Of a stretch of 17,664 nucleotides of DNA, positions 17,301-17,664 are shown one piece after another. Each line of letters begins with the position of its first letter. The stretch's first letter is position 1. Under the pieces are notes generated by a model. The model worked only from the letters and a program-made list of their open reading frames with translations. It was not told the origin of the DNA and ran no database searches. The position numbers were made by a program, and so were the translations under genes. This DNA is from Candidatus Krumholzibacteriia bacterium (GTDB lineage Bacteria; Krumholzibacteriota; Krumholzibacteriia; LZORAL124-64-63). The stretch spans positions 1 through 17,664 of the forward strand of contig JAWOID010000040.1 in NCBI GenBank assembly GCA_046484865.1. The letters run 5' to 3'.

Positions 17301-17367
17301 CAAGCCCGATACGACCCTGGTGCTCGCCGGCCCCGGCAGCGTGCCCCGGGGGCGCGGCGCGGGTTGA
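14344..17367 (+). CDS. Response-regulator-receiver-modulated PEP/pyruvate-binding (PPDK_N, ATP-grasp) domain protein
   Basis: N-terminal receiver-like segments (ILLVSS..., ILLIEDS...LLGVISD), HFSTWLRARTEF, then IGGGSLGGKARGL, PLAVRSSSLLED...FAGVYST, EEKMAVIIQQLVG, VEIEFA, LLQIRP, and C-terminal GRLGSSDPWLGVPV and PSQGSHFFQN. Confidence 0.88.
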   Translation: MDDLFFEQIRHGPDERFRGFGHLMPFRVQEILLVSSLYDAFTLEEGGRLTELLLNEYRELNLSFSPHVTRVGTGAEALRLSEVRRFDMVLAMSRLGDMDVFFLARELKKIDPELPVFTLAFNPRELTRLQERNGSRTIDRFFLWSGDVRLLLAIIKSCEDLRNVHHDTSNGGVRTILLIEDSVRFFSSYLPMLYTEVVEQTLSLMQEGLNLSHKLLRLRARPKILLATDFEEAWLYFSAYKDYLLGVISDGSFPWNGDVHPDAGLEFIRRVKQVDPHTPAVLQSSDYDLADAAAELGAGFIPKDSPRLLDHLHEFMLENFGFGDFVFRLPDGREVGRAEDLRGLVEQLRFIPDESILRHAAHDHFSTWLRARTEFPLATRLRSRKVNDFGDAGEIREYLIESVERFRIEAQRGIVTDFSPRLFDRSSGFVRIGGGSLGGKARGLAFMNSVLDRYGVDDRVEGVSIQVPPTAVLGTDVFDAFLDGNDLRQRMLGDMTDGRIVELFLGTAKLPAGIYDDLRAFLDEVRYPLAVRSSSLLEDSQFQPFAGVYSTYMLANNHPDLDVRLDQLCDAIKLVYASTFYRRARSYLEATGNRLEEEKMAVIIQQLVGEEYDGVFYPHLAGVAHSTNFYPAGPMRAEDGVAVVALGMGRTVVEGGKCLHFCPALPDILPQFDSPGDWLACSQREFWAIDVRHPEAYPTAEDFNLLKLDLATAERHGTLAAVGSVYSPESDRIHDGLDHEGVRLVTFAQVLKANVFPLTKILRGLLELGRRTMSSPVEIEFAVSLSADPHRPHRFGLLQIRPLAGDIAEPDVPPELFDSRHAFISTAVALGNGRTSDICDVVYIPRERFDRDRTRQMAAELGELDGELARDGISYLLLGAGRLGSSDPWLGVPVRWDQIAAARVVVETDLDDFKVTPSQGSHFFQNLTSFRVGYLTINSADARSRIDWEWLDAQPAVREAEFLRHVRLSSPLTVLIDGRRSRAVVLKPDTTLVLAGPGSVPRGRGAG

Positions 17368-17410
17368 CCCGGGCACACACCGTCGTCCGGACGGTCAGGG
17401 AGCTTCCGAA

Positions 17411-17440
17411 TTGACCTGCCGCGAACCCGGGTGATAGCAT
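17411..17440 (+). promoter_or_regulatory. Putative sigma70 promoter (extended -10)
   Basis: TTGACC(17411-17416)-N18-TAGCAT(17435-17440), preceded by TGn. Confidence 0.5.
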
Positions 17441-17466
17441 CGCGGCCCTGTGAGCGGAATGGGGCT

Positions 17467-17664
17467 GAGCCTGTGGCCGGTAAATTTGCGGTTGCAATTT
17501 TTGTTTTTGGAACTTTAAGTGCAGGTCTATCCTCAATTTTTCCAATCCTCATGGTCGCACCACTATTGATAGCAGATTATAGGAATGGAGAACTTGATAC
17601 GAACTCCAAACTGTTTAAGATTTTAACAGCAATTGCCGCAGTTTTTGGATTGATTGTTCCAATT
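17467..17664 (+). CDS. Internal fragment of an NRAMP-family divalent metal transporter in low-GC DNA; lacks its own N-terminus
   Basis: Manual translation: EPVAGKFAVAIFVFGTLSAGLSSIFPILMVAPLLIADYRNGELDTNSKLFKILTAIAAVFGLIVPI, open to the window edge. It resembles the C-terminal half of NRAMP-like proteins (EPxAG...GxxxAGLSS). Hand count gives 66/184 G+C (~36%) for 17481-17664. Confidence 0.65.

Noticed and set aside
17461..17500. tmRNA 5' end (GGGGCTGA) downstream of a promoter
   Set aside because: The expected ...GGATTCGAC continuation is missing, and the downstream sequence reads as membrane-protein coding DNA.

Overview
High-GC (about 70% by eye) bacterial DNA, almost all genes on +. The likely source is an FCB-group candidate phylum such as Krumholzibacteriota/Latescibacterota/Eisenbacteria, inferred only from a C-terminal 'TWGAVKSLYR' motif. 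Gene order: truncated N-terminus of a Cys/His Zn-ribbon, transposase-like ORF (-); DAGK-family lipid kinase; a tightly packed MTH1187 thiamine-binding protein / Fes-like esterase / NTT(TLC)-HEAT transporter / cNMP-binding fusion cluster; DUF4920 plus PepSY-TM; a three-gene saccharopine lysine-degradation operon (LKR, SDH, ALDH7) with a structured leader; a small secreted protein with a putative C-terminal sorting motif (-); an OmpA-family lipoprotein; a receiver-modulated PEP/pyruvate-binding (PPDK_N) protein. In the last ~200 bp the sequence switches abruptly to ~36% GC and reads as the middle of an NRAMP-like transporter gene, which points to a chimeric junction or foreign insertion. No rRNA, tRNA or CRISPR array was seen. 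All family calls come from motif recognition, not database searches.
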